Part shown: positions 45,457 through 52,959 of the stretch, in pieces
Layout: every line of letters starts with the position of its first letter
Position numbering within the stretch: position 1 is the stretch's first letter
IMG/VR virus record: IMGVR_UViG_3300028048_000093
DNA length: 64,000 nucleotides
DNA from: a virus
Lineage: Duplodnaviria > Heunggongvirae > Uroviricota > Caudoviricetes > Crassvirales
Strand: one strand, 5' to 3'
Translations under genes and position numbers: made by a program
Notes under the pieces: generated by a model
Told to the model about the DNA's origin: nothing
Database searches by the model: none
Seen by the model: only the letters and a program-made list of their open reading frames with translations

Positions 45457-45528
45457 GGGGATATAGCTCAATGGCAGAGCAACTGGCTGTTAACCAGTAG
45501 GTTGTGGGTTCGACTCCCTCTATGCCCG
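45457..45528 (+). tRNA. tRNA-Asn(GTT)
   Basis: Acceptor GGGGATA/TATGCCC, anticodon stem ACTGG/CCAGT, loop CTGTTAA, T loop TTCGACT. Confidence 0.6.
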
Positions 45529-45688
45529 CAAGGTTGTGATGCAAGCACTCCGAGGTCAGCATGACTTGCAAATGACTGACTGCCTCTACTCTGAAAGACT
45601 CCTGAGTGCAATAAGGGAGTGTAATCAATGAGAAGGGATGACGAAAGCAGGACACAGGGATTTCACTGCCCACAGAGCCTGCTTACCT

Positions 45689-45760
45689 TGGTCTTTAGTG
45701 GAATGGTAACACGTCAGATTCTGGCTCTGAAGATTGGGAGTTCGACCCTCTCAAGACCAA
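45689..45760 (+). tRNA. tRNA-Gln(CTG)
   Basis: Acceptor TGGTCTT/AAGACCA, anticodon stem TCAGA/TCTGA, loop TTCTGGC, T arm GGGAGTTCGACCCTCTC. Confidence 0.6.
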
Positions 45761-45765
45761 CATAC

Positions 45766-45842
45766 AGGGGCATAGTTTTAATGGTAAAACACTGGTCTCC
45801 AAAACCAGATTTGGGGGTTCGATTCCTTCTGTCTCTGCCCTA
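45766..45842 (+). tRNA. tRNA-Trp(CCA)-like with aberrant T-arm/acceptor 3' region
   Basis: 5' two-thirds align with E. coli tRNA-Trp (AGGGGCATAGTT...CTGGTCTCCAAAACCAG). The 3' region carries about 6 extra nt (CCTTCTGTCTCTGCCCT). Possibly a pseudogene or a non-canonical T arm. Confidence 0.45.
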
Positions 45843-45861
45843 ACTTTTAACAAGTTTACAT

Positions 45862-46038
45862 TATGATTACAGGTTTGATTATTGCAGGTGTTTGGCTGGC
45901 AGGTAGTGTTGCAGCTTGGCATCTAGGTGTTAAGGATTGGGATAATCCTAAGTGGGAGAATGTTGCATTGAGCCTTGCATGGCCTTGCATCCTACCTTTG
46001 TGGTGCATCCATAGGATTCACAATGGTCATTGGTAATG
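45862..46038 (+). CDS. small membrane protein (58 aa) embedded in tRNA array
   Basis: Manual translation gives MITGLIIAGVWLAGSVAAWHLGVKDWDNPKWENVALSLAWPCILPLWCIHRIHNGHW. Below the ORF-track cutoff. Confidence 0.3.
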
Positions 46039-46045
46039 ACCATAT

Positions 46046-46119
46046 TGGGATATAGCTTAGAAGGTTAAAGCGTTTGACTGATAATCAAGAGACCACAGGT
46101 TCAAGTCCTGTTATCCCAA
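46046..46119 (+). tRNA. tRNA-Ile(GAT)
   Basis: Acceptor TGGGATA/TATCCCA, anticodon stem TTTGA/TCAAG, loop CTGATAA, T arm ACAGGTTCAAGTCCTGT. Confidence 0.6.
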
Positions 46120-46121
46120 CT

Positions 46122-46193
46122 GTACTAGTAGCTTAATGGTAAAGCCCCTGATTGTGAGTCAGGTGTATGTGAGTTCGAGCCTCACCTAGCACC
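46122..46193 (+). tRNA. tRNA-His(GTG)
   Basis: Anticodon stem CCTGA/TCAGG, loop TTGTGAG, T arm GTGAGTTCGAGCCTCAC. Acceptor has one mismatch. Confidence 0.6.
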
Positions 46194-46270
46194 CTTCTCG
46201 GTTGTCGTGAGACAAGTCCTTTCACACGCGGTTTTTCGTTTACTTTTTTCATGTTTTCGTTTTGTTTTTC

Positions 46271-46300
46271 CTCCTGCCTGTGAAGGTCGGAGGTTTTTGT
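46271..46300 (+). terminator. rho-independent terminator inside tRNA array
   Basis: CCTCCTGCC ... GGTCGGAGG followed by TTTTTGTT. Confidence 0.45.
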
Positions 46301-46370
46301 TCTCTTAGCTCAGCGGTAGAGCAATACACTTTTAATGTATGGGTCCAGGGTTCGAGTCTCTGAGGGAACA
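46299..46370 (+). tRNA. tRNA-Lys(TTT)
   Basis: Acceptor GTTCTCT/AGGGAAC, D arm GCTC-AGCGGTA-GAGC, anticodon loop CTTTTAA, T arm CAGGGTTCGAGTCTCTG. Confidence 0.7.
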
Positions 46371-46398
46371 CACTTTTAGTTATTAACCCTTAAAAGTG
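46369..46398 (+). other. perfect hairpin immediately after tRNA-Lys
   Basis: ACACTTTTAG ... CTTAAAAGTGT forms an 11-bp stem. Confidence 0.4.
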
Positions 46399-46547
46399 TA
46401 TTGAATATGAAAAAGATTAAGAACATTTGCAAGAGGGTACTGAAGGCTTATTGTAAGGGAGCTGTTATGATGTACCCAACTGGTACTATTCCAGTAAGGA
46501 TTGACCTATAGGAGGTCAACCCTTTCACTTGAGGGTAATAATTACAT

Positions 46548-46629
46548 TGGAGTATAGATAGCTGGAAAAATCCGCAGACTGTAAATCTGTCGTCTTTTGA
46601 CTGTGGGGGTTCGAGTCCCTCTGCTCCAA
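46548..46629 (+). tRNA. tRNA-Tyr(GTA), long variable arm
   Basis: Acceptor TGGAGTA/TGCTCCA, anticodon loop CTGTAAA, T arm GGGGGTTCGAGTCCCTC. Confidence 0.55.
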
Positions 46630-46638
46630 CTAATATAA

Positions 46639-46713
46639 TGGACACTTGGCAGACTTGGTGTATGCGCTGGACTGAAAATCCAGAGAACGAGGTTCAACTC
46701 CTTGAGTGCCCAC
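46639..46713 (+). tRNA. tRNA-Phe(GAA)
   Basis: Anticodon stem CTGGA/TCCAG, loop CTGAAAA, T arm CGAGGTTCAACTCCTTG. Acceptor has one mismatch. Confidence 0.55.
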
Positions 46714-46867
46714 ACTATGTATTGCAGAATCAAGAATCAAGAATGTCCTCATGCAGGAGAATTGAAGATGAAGGGCTGTGAGGAAATAGGTGAGAAACCA
46801 GGTGTATATGCTTACACTATATGCTATAAAGAAGGTGGCAGGTTGGCTTGTACCCTAGGTATTTAGT

Positions 46868-46948
46868 GGGAAGATGGTGGAATGGTAGACACGCTAGTCT
46901 TAGGAACTAGTGCAGAAATGTGTAAGGGTTCGAGTCCCTTTCTTCCTA
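46868..46948 (+). tRNA. tRNA-Leu(TAG), class II
   Basis: Acceptor GGGAAGA/TCTTCCT, anticodon stem CTAGT/ACTAG, loop CTTAGGA, 13-nt variable arm, T arm AAGGGTTCGAGTCCCTT. Confidence 0.6.
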
Positions 46949-46989
46949 CTTTAGTTAAACAATGTTAAGGTATTGCACTTTTTGACCAA

Positions 46990-47030
46990 AACATTTGGTA
47001 GTTTCAAATAAAATGCTTACCTTTGCAGCA
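46990..47030 (+). promoter_or_regulatory. Bacteroidota-type promoter
   Basis: TTTG at 46994-46997 and TAccTTTG at 47018-47025, spacing 20 nt. Upstream of ORF 47045 and further tRNAs. Confidence 0.6.
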
Positions 47031-47044
47031 TCAAATTAATAATT

Positions 47045-47251
47045 ATGGCAGAGACAAGGAAATTAACAGAGGATGAACTCAGGTGGAGAGCAGAAGAAGA
47101 TGCAAGAACACTTGAGAGATACCAAGAGATTATCAATGATAAGGCAAGGCTTGACAGAGCCTTGAAGGTAGCTGAGAAGCAAGTTGATAATCTACAGGAG
47201 AGGGCTAAGGCACTGAGCAAGTCCATCACTGGTATCAAGAAGAAGAAATAA
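47045..47251 (+). CDS. hypothetical coiled-coil protein (68 aa)
   Basis: ORF track entry. Promoter immediately upstream. Confidence 0.45.
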   Translation: MAETRKLTEDELRWRAEEDARTLERYQEIINDKARLDRALKVAEKQVDNLQERAKALSKSITGIKKKK

Positions 47252-47252
47252 G

Positions 47253-47324
47253 CCTCTTTAGCTCAGTTGATAGAGCAACTGATTTGTACTCAGTGGGTCG
47301 AGGGTTTGAATCCTTCAAGAGGCT
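47253..47324 (+). tRNA. tRNA-Thr(TGT)
   Basis: Perfect acceptor GCCTCTT/AAGAGGC. D arm GCTC-AGTTGATA-GAGC. Anticodon loop TTTGTAC. T arm GAGGGTTTGAATCCTTC. Confidence 0.7.
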
Positions 47325-47480
47325 CTCTAACGAAGAGGATAATACTAGAATAAGACTCAACGTAACTTACAGGCTGTTGCCCTTAACACCAGTTTCTATA
47401 GAGGGGTACAACATAAGATTAGCCCTGTCAGGTGTCGTATTACCTGCCCTAGTTGTCGGGGATGAGCAATGACAACAAAT

Positions 47481-47552
47481 GTAGGTATAGCACAATGGTT
47501 AGTGTGCCAGACCACCACTCTGGATATGAGAGTTCGATTCTCTTTACCTACT
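47481..47552 (+). tRNA. tRNA with non-canonical anticodon loop CCACCAC (C33; anticodon ACC?)
   Basis: Perfect acceptor GTAGGTA/TACCTAC and anticodon stem CCAGA/TCTGG. T arm GAGAGTTCGATTCTCTT. The loop lacks the universal U33. Confidence 0.5.
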
Positions 47553-47559
47553 CAACATC

Positions 47560-47632
47560 GCGGTATAGACTGGAGGAGGTTCCAGCTCAGTCTCATAAGC
47601 TGAATAACGTGGGTTCGAGTCCCACTACCGCA
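47560..47632 (+). tRNA. tRNA-Met/Ile2-type (CAT)
   Basis: Anticodon stem TCAGT/GCTGA, loop CTCATAA, T arm GTGGGTTCGAGTCCCAC. Confidence 0.6.
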
Positions 47633-47646
47633 ACTAAATTTTAGGA

Positions 47647-47790
47647 AGATGAAGAAGAAAATTGATGCACTTATTTCAAAAACTCTGGCTGATTTGCTTG
47701 ATGCACTCAACAAAGAAGCCGTACCTAGGGAAGATGTAGTCAACATACTACAGGACACTCAGGGTCAGTGGACAGCAATTTATTACCATT
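47647..47790 (+). CDS. small hypothetical protein (47 aa)
   Basis: Manual translation gives MKKKIDALISKTLADLLDALNKEAVPREDVVNILQDTQGQWTAIYYH. Below the ORF-track cutoff. Confidence 0.3.
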
Positions 47791-47802
47791 AACAATTAAA
47801 TT

Positions 47803-48147
47803 ATGGAAGACAAGGAGAAGCAGTTACAGGAACCTATCTCCCTTGAGGAGTTCAAGAAAAGGGTTCACGAAATGGCAGCAGCCAATCACCAGCAAGTAGT
47901 TGATGACTTTGAGAAGGGAATCCTTCACTTGAGAGACTACAGTGGTGTAAGAAAGTTCAAGTCCATCAGAAGGGCTATTAGAAGAGGTCATGTTTCACTT
48001 TATGGTGAAGTCTATCCAAAGAGACCATTCAAGAACATTTCAACCAAGCATAACAGAGGAGGTCATGTTATTGAGGTCAAGACTAACACCTACATGAAGA
48101 AGAGGTATTATGAGCAACTTAGTCACAAAAACAGAAAAGTCGCCTGA
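47803..48147 (+). CDS. hypothetical basic protein (114 aa)
   Basis: ORF track entry. Confidence 0.45.
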   Translation: MEDKEKQLQEPISLEEFKKRVHEMAAANHQQVVDDFEKGILHLRDYSGVRKFKSIRRAIRRGHVSLYGEVYPKRPFKNISTKHNRGGHVIEVKTNTYMKKRYYEQLSHKNRKVA

Positions 48148-48340
48148 GGATTATAATCAGGAACCAGTGTACTACTGTAAGCACTGCCTCTCTCTCAGGA
48201 TAATGGGAGTAGCTGGCATGGATGATGCAGAGTACTGTGATGAATGTGGCTCTACCAATATAGAGCAGACCACCATTGAAGAATGGGAAAGAATGTATAA
48301 GGAGAAGCACGGAATCAGTTATTTAGATAACAAATATTAA
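48110..48340 (+). CDS. zinc-ribbon protein (76 aa)
   Basis: CKHC ... CDEC gives two CxxC pairs. Confidence 0.4.
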   Translation: MSNLVTKTEKSPEDYNQEPVYYCKHCLSLRIMGVAGMDDAEYCDECGSTNIEQTTIEEWERMYKEKHGISYLDNKY

Positions 48341-48344
48341 TATT

Positions 48345-48659
48345 ATGGCAGAGAAGAAAGACATTAAGGAAAAGGCTGAGGGTCAGAAGCTGACTTATGA
48401 ACAGCTGGCAGCTTATGCACAGCAGACATCAGCACAGGCAAAGAAGATTTGGGAAGAGAACCAGATGCTTAAGCAGGCCCTCAATGAGGCTAATATGACT
48501 AACAACTTTAAGGAAGTTGAGCTTGCTCTCAGATGCCTTGACCATGCTGAAATGTTCTCACCTGAGTTCATTGAAGCAGTAGTAAAGAGACTAGAGGAGG
48601 TACTTACTCCACAACCACAAGATACTCCTGAGAAGGAGGAAAAGAAGGAGGATAAGTAA
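48345..48659 (+). CDS. hypothetical protein (104 aa)
   Basis: ORF track entry. Confidence 0.45.
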   Translation: MAEKKDIKEKAEGQKLTYEQLAAYAQQTSAQAKKIWEENQMLKQALNEANMTNNFKEVELALRCLDHAEMFSPEFIEAVVKRLEEVLTPQPQDTPEKEEKKEDK

Positions 48660-48660
48660 T

Positions 48661-49068
48661 ATGGAAACCAAGAAGAGGGCTAACAATGTAATAAGAATAC
48701 CAACCTCCTTACAGGGCAAGTTCTTTAGGATTTGGTTTGAGTTCCTAGCCCCCTTGCATGGTCTGACAAATAGGGAAATGGATGTCATTGCATCCTTTGT
48801 CAAGCAGAGGTTTGAACTCAGCAAGGCTATCAAGGATGAGGAACTGCTAGACAAGGTGGTTATGAGTGACTCCACCAAGGCCAAAGTCAAAGAGGAATGT
48901 GGTGTGTCAGATGCCTTCTTCCATGTTATCATGGGGAAACTAAGGAAGAACAAGATTATTGTGGGTGATAGAATCAACCCCAAGCTTATTCCAAAGGACC
49001 TCAGTGACGGAGATACTTCATTCCAACTACTCTTACATTTTGACCTAGATGGAAACAGTAATAAGTGA
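48661..49068 (+). CDS. hypothetical protein (135 aa)
   Basis: ORF track entry. Confidence 0.45.
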   Translation: METKKRANNVIRIPTSLQGKFFRIWFEFLAPLHGLTNREMDVIASFVKQRFELSKAIKDEELLDKVVMSDSTKAKVKEECGVSDAFFHVIMGKLRKNKIIVGDRINPKLIPKDLSDGDTSFQLLLHFDLDGNSNK

Positions 49069-49327
49069 ACTGGCTAGGAGATTGAACTTACCTCCAGAGG
49101 TAATAGTAAAGACCTACAAAGCCTACTGGCTATACATAAGGGAGACCATACAAGGTCTCCCTCTAAAAGATGACTTAGGAGAGGATGAGTTCAAGAAGTT
49201 GAGACCCAACTTCAATATTCCTAAGCTAGGGAAACTTACTTGTACCTACAAGAGATACATAGGTGTTAAGAAGAAACAACAACATATAAAGAGAAGAAGC
49301 AATGGGAATCAATATCAAGAAGATTAG
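49049..49327 (+). CDS. HU/IHF-like DNA-binding protein candidate (92 aa)
   Basis: ISELARRLNLPPEVIVKTYKAYWLYIRETI ... FNIPKLGKL loosely matches the HU N-terminal helices and arm. Confidence 0.3.
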   Translation: METVISELARRLNLPPEVIVKTYKAYWLYIRETIQGLPLKDDLGEDEFKKLRPNFNIPKLGKLTCTYKRYIGVKKKQQHIKRRSNGNQYQED

Positions 49328-49727
49328 ACCAATGAATGTCTGTATTGTTACTACCAAAGAGGAGTATGAGGAAGATACAGGTAAGGGTGGTCTGATTACC
49401 AAGACAGCAGGTACTCTCAAGGAATATCAGAGAGTAGTAGCTGTTGGTCCAATGGTAAGAGGTATTAAAGAGGGAGACCTTGTAGCTATCAACCCCAAGA
49501 GGTATGCTAGATACAAGCATGAGAAAGGCTCACTCAAAGATGGTGTTATCACAGATAATCCTGTGCTATCATACAATTTCAATGTGATTGAGCTAGACCA
49601 TGTTCCTCATTTACTTCTTATAGACCAAGACATTGACTTTGTAATTGAGGACTATGAAGAGGAGCCAGACACCCCTGCAAAAACATCACCTATCATTGTT
49701 CCTCCAGCACCAAAGATTATTGTGTAA
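49302..49727 (+). CDS. GroES/Cpn10-like co-chaperonin candidate (141 aa)
   Basis: KIRPMNVCIVTTKEE...GKGGLITKTAG...RVVAVGP...EGDLV parallels the GroES pattern IRPLxDRVxVK...SxGGIVL...GxVxAVG...xGDxV. Terminator follows at 49735-49765. Confidence 0.4.
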   Translation: MGINIKKIRPMNVCIVTTKEEYEEDTGKGGLITKTAGTLKEYQRVVAVGPMVRGIKEGDLVAINPKRYARYKHEKGSLKDGVITDNPVLSYNFNVIELDHVPHLLLIDQDIDFVIEDYEEEPDTPAKTSPIIVPPAPKIIV

Positions 49728-49734
49728 CAATATA

Positions 49735-49765
49735 GCCTAGGGGTTATCCTCTAGGCTTTTTTCAT
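49735..49765 (+). terminator. rho-independent terminator
   Basis: AGCCTAGGGGTTATCCTCTAGGCT followed by TTTTTTC. Confidence 0.55.
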
Positions 49766-49771
49766 TTAAGT

Positions 49772-50320
49772 ATGATTAAGCTATTCAAATATGAAGGATA
49801 TGCAGTAACAGTGGAGCCTGAGGCTATCATGCTTGCTCCTTTCAAGGCATTATGGGATAGGGATGAAGACCCTGCAAAGTCTCTTGCACAGCAGGAACTT
49901 GCCTATATCTACTTCATGGGAGACCCTAGAAGTGACTATCAGTACTTGGTAGATGAAGAGGTAAGGTCTGAGGAGATTATCAAGGGTCTTGGTATGCCAG
50001 AGGGATGGGAGCCTGATGAGGCAGTTGACAGGGCATTGGTATTCTATGAGAGTTTCAAGCCCATGTCAGCAGGTCTGCTTGAAGACACAAAGTATGTGGT
50101 CAACAAGCTAAGAAAAGAGCTGAGGGAAATGGACTTCAATGAAAGGGATGACAAGGGTAAGCCAGTCCATACATTGCAGTCTATCACTGCTACACTAAAG
50201 CAGATTCCAAGTCTTGCCAAGGAGTTGGATGAAGCAGAGAGAACACTCGGCAAGGATATTGTTGCTGAGGCTAGGGCAAGAGGTTCACAAACTAAAGCAT
50301 TACTTGAAGATGAGGATTAA
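49772..50320 (+). CDS. hypothetical protein (182 aa), possible small terminase subunit by position
   Basis: Upstream of TerL. No motif, so the function is only a positional guess. Confidence 0.35.
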   Translation: MIKLFKYEGYAVTVEPEAIMLAPFKALWDRDEDPAKSLAQQELAYIYFMGDPRSDYQYLVDEEVRSEEIIKGLGMPEGWEPDEAVDRALVFYESFKPMSAGLLEDTKYVVNKLRKELREMDFNERDDKGKPVHTLQSITATLKQIPSLAKELDEAERTLGKDIVAEARARGSQTKALLEDED

Positions 50321-50645
50321 CGATATTTGTGAGTGTGCCAACACTCTGTTAGATAAGGAGAGAGCCATCAAGGGGATAACCAATAATACCTTCTTCACCT
50401 CTAGGAAGTTCATAGAGAAGAAGATGGGTGCTATCAAGGAGTTCTCCATCTTCATTGAGTTCAACAACAAGGGTGTATTTACTCTCAAGCACACAAGAAG
50501 AGCAGAAGTTGGTCAGGAAGATACAGTATGGCAGGAACTGGAAGTAGAGGCTACTGCTGGTTTCATGGGTATTCTCATAAATGGGAAAGGTGTCCTCTCT
50601 TGGGATAAATTCGTAACTGGGGAATACAATGGAATTGAAGGATGA
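50310..50645 (+). CDS. hypothetical protein (~111 aa from internal Met)
   Basis: The ORF-track ORF 50214..50645 overlaps the previous gene by 107 nt. Start moved to MRINDICE. Confidence 0.35.
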   Translation: MRINDICECANTLLDKERAIKGITNNTFFTSRKFIEKKMGAIKEFSIFIEFNNKGVFTLKHTRRAEVGQEDTVWQELEVEATAGFMGILINGKGVLSWDKFVTGEYNGIEG

Positions 50646-52881
50646 TTTTTACATACCTACCAATGAACTACAGACAGAGATAACCAAGGATTTCCTAGAG
50701 TCATTACCTGGTGAGGTTGCTGAACAGCTGCTTGATTGTGTGACAAACATTGAGTATGTCAGGAACCTTATCAGTCCTAATAGGAAGAGAGCAAGGGACT
50801 TGCCACAAGATGAGAAGGGCAGGATAATAGTGGACCTCACTAATCCCCACATACTTGAGGACATGGACTACTTCAGGCCCTCAGCTCTGCATTTTAAGAA
50901 GTGGAACTGTTTCACATTCCTCAGACCTAATCCCAACCCCAATAGTGAATACAAGAAGTGGATTAATGAGGAGAAGAGAAGATGCAGGGAAGGGTATGTC
51001 AGAGAGTCTGATGGTGAGTGGGTTACAGGGTATATGTATTGGTACATGAATTACTGCCCAATCATGCTTACCAAGATTACTGCTGGTAAGAAGAAGGCAG
51101 ACAGAATAGAGGACTTCCCAGAGACTTGGGAAGGTATCTATCTGAGGTTCCACTATATAGACCAAGCCAGGGAAAGTGGTAGTCATGCCATTGAGTTAGC
51201 CCGAAGAGGTTGCTCAAAGTCATATACCATTGCATCCATGATGGCTAAGAACCTTATCCTAGGTGAGAGTCAGGAGGTAAACAGGAGGGTGACTTCAATC
51301 CTTACTGCACATCAGAAGGAATACCTTGCTGACAAGGATGGTACTTTGTCTAAGTTTGAGCCTATGATTGACTTTGTCAAGGAGAACACTGAGTTCCCAA
51401 GACTAAGGCTCAGAAGTTCTGCTCAGGATATGTTCTGGCAGATGGGCTATATGGATGACAATGGAGTGAAGAAAGGCTCATTGAACACTGTAATGGGTGT
51501 GTCTTCAAAGGATGATAGTGGTAAGCTTAGAGGTAAGAGAGGTTACATATTCTTCGAGGAGATGGGTTCATTCCCTAACCTCATTGAAGTATTTGATATT
51601 GTCAGGCAGGGTATGGAGGAGGGTGATTACACCTATGGTCTTGCATATCTAGTGGGTACTGCTGCTGAAAAGGAGTCTAACTTTGAGTCAGCTAAGACAC
51701 TACTATATAACCCTGCTGGTAATAATATCTATGCTATCAAGAATGTGTATGATAAACCCAAGCAGGGTAAGCCTACCTTTGGCTACTTCTTCCCATCATA
51801 CCTTAATAGAAAGGGATGCTATAACCATGATGGTGTATCAGATGTGGTAGAGGCACTTAGGCAGATTCTGATGGCTAGGTACAATGCAAAGTACAATAGC
51901 AGTGACCCTAATCAGGTGCTCAGGCTTATTGCTGAAATGCCAATCACTCCAGCTGAGGCTATTATCAAGGTTAAGAATGCCTTCTTCCCAGTGACTGCAC
52001 TGACAGAAAGGCTGCAACAGCTAGACCTTGACCCCAAGGCTTATGATGATGTGTACATAGGTAGCCTAGTCCTTACTCAGAATGGTGTGGAGTTTGTAGA
52101 GACACAGGACACCCCAATCAGGAAATGGAATGTGGACAATAGCACTGTGGGTGCTATAGAGCTTTATGAACTGCCTCAGAAGGACAGCACTGGAAAAGTG
52201 TATGAGAACAGATATGTTATAGGGCATGACCCTGTGGATAATGACCAGGCTGAATCTAGCTCACTGTCCTCTACCTTTGTCTTGGACCTCTTCACTGACA
52301 GGATTGTAGCTGAGTACACTGGTAGACAGCCATTTGCTGATGACAACTTTGAGATAGTAAGGCTACTATGTATGTTCTACAATGCCAAGTGTCTATATGA
52401 GTCCAATAAGAAGGGTATCTATGCCTATTTCCAGAAAATGCACTGTACTCACCTGCTTGCAGATACACCTGAGTACCTCAGGGACAAGCAGATGATTAAG
52501 TATAGTTCATTCGGTAGTAATGCAAAGGGTGTAAATGCCACTGCTGCCATCAACAACTATGCCAATGGTCTTATCAGAGATTGGCTTCTCAAGCCAGTGC
52601 ATACCATTATTGTTGAGGATGGTCAAGAAAAGGAGGTTGTTGTACCTAATCTGTACTTCTTAAGGAACAGGGCTTTGATTGAGGAGCTTATTGCATTTGA
52701 CCCAGTGAGGAACTTTGACCGCATTAGAGCATTAGGTATGCTTATGCTGTACAGAGAAGAGAAGATAATCCTCTATGGAGGTGAACTAAATGCTGAGGCC
52801 CAGGAGAAAGTTGATAAATCCTACCTTGGAAACGATGACTTCTTTGAAAGGAACTACGATAAAAGGATAATGGATAACTAA
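50629..52881 (+). CDS. terL: terminase large subunit (ATPase plus RNaseH-like nuclease)
   Basis: Deviant Walker A LARRGCSKSYT. Walker B KRGYIFFEEMGSF. Nuclease aspartate in YVIGHDPVD. Confidence 0.6.
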   Translation: MELKDDFYIPTNELQTEITKDFLESLPGEVAEQLLDCVTNIEYVRNLISPNRKRARDLPQDEKGRIIVDLTNPHILEDMDYFRPSALHFKKWNCFTFLRPNPNPNSEYKKWINEEKRRCREGYVRESDGEWVTGYMYWYMNYCPIMLTKITAGKKKADRIEDFPETWEGIYLRFHYIDQARESGSHAIELARRGCSKSYTIASMMAKNLILGESQEVNRRVTSILTAHQKEYLADKDGTLSKFEPMIDFVKENTEFPRLRLRSSAQDMFWQMGYMDDNGVKKGSLNTVMGVSSKDDSGKLRGKRGYIFFEEMGSFPNLIEVFDIVRQGMEEGDYTYGLAYLVGTAAEKESNFESAKTLLYNPAGNNIYAIKNVYDKPKQGKPTFGYFFPSYLNRKGCYNHDGVSDVVEALRQILMARYNAKYNSSDPNQVLRLIAEMPITPAEAIIKVKNAFFPVTALTERLQQLDLDPKAYDDVYIGSLVLTQNGVEFVETQDTPIRKWNVDNSTVGAIELYELPQKDSTGKVYENRYVIGHDPVDNDQAESSSLSSTFVLDLFTDRIVAEYTGRQPFADDNFEIVRLLCMFYNAKCLYESNKKGIYAYFQKMHCTHLLADTPEYLRDKQMIKYSSFGSNAKGVNATAAINNYANGLIRDWLLKPVHTIIVEDGQEKEVVVPNLYFLRNRALIEELIAFDPVRNFDRIRALGMLMLYREEKIILYGGELNAEAQEKVDKSYLGNDDFFERNYDKRIMDN

Positions 52882-52885
52882 GTAA

Positions 52886-52926
52886 ACGGGTGTGCAGGCA
52901 TAAGTAATTTACTTTTATGCTTGCAC
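52886..52926 (+). terminator. hairpin terminator with AAGTAA-T-TTACTT core
   Basis: GTGTGCAGGCATAAGTAATTTACTTTTATGCTTGCACAC forms a ~17-bp imperfect inverted repeat. Confidence 0.45.
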
Positions 52927-52952
52927 ACCTGTAATTTTTTACTTACCTTTGC
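52914..52952 (+). promoter_or_regulatory. Bacteroidota-type promoter upstream of portal gene
   Basis: TAccTTTG at 52944-52951. The -33 element is a weaker TTTATG/TTGC. Confidence 0.45.
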
Positions 52953-52959
52953 ATAAAAT

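Noticed and set aside
46448-46733. Minus-strand ORFs of 63-65 aa within the plus-strand tRNA array
   Set aside because: They overlap tRNA-Tyr and tRNA-Phe on the opposite strand and have no supporting signals.
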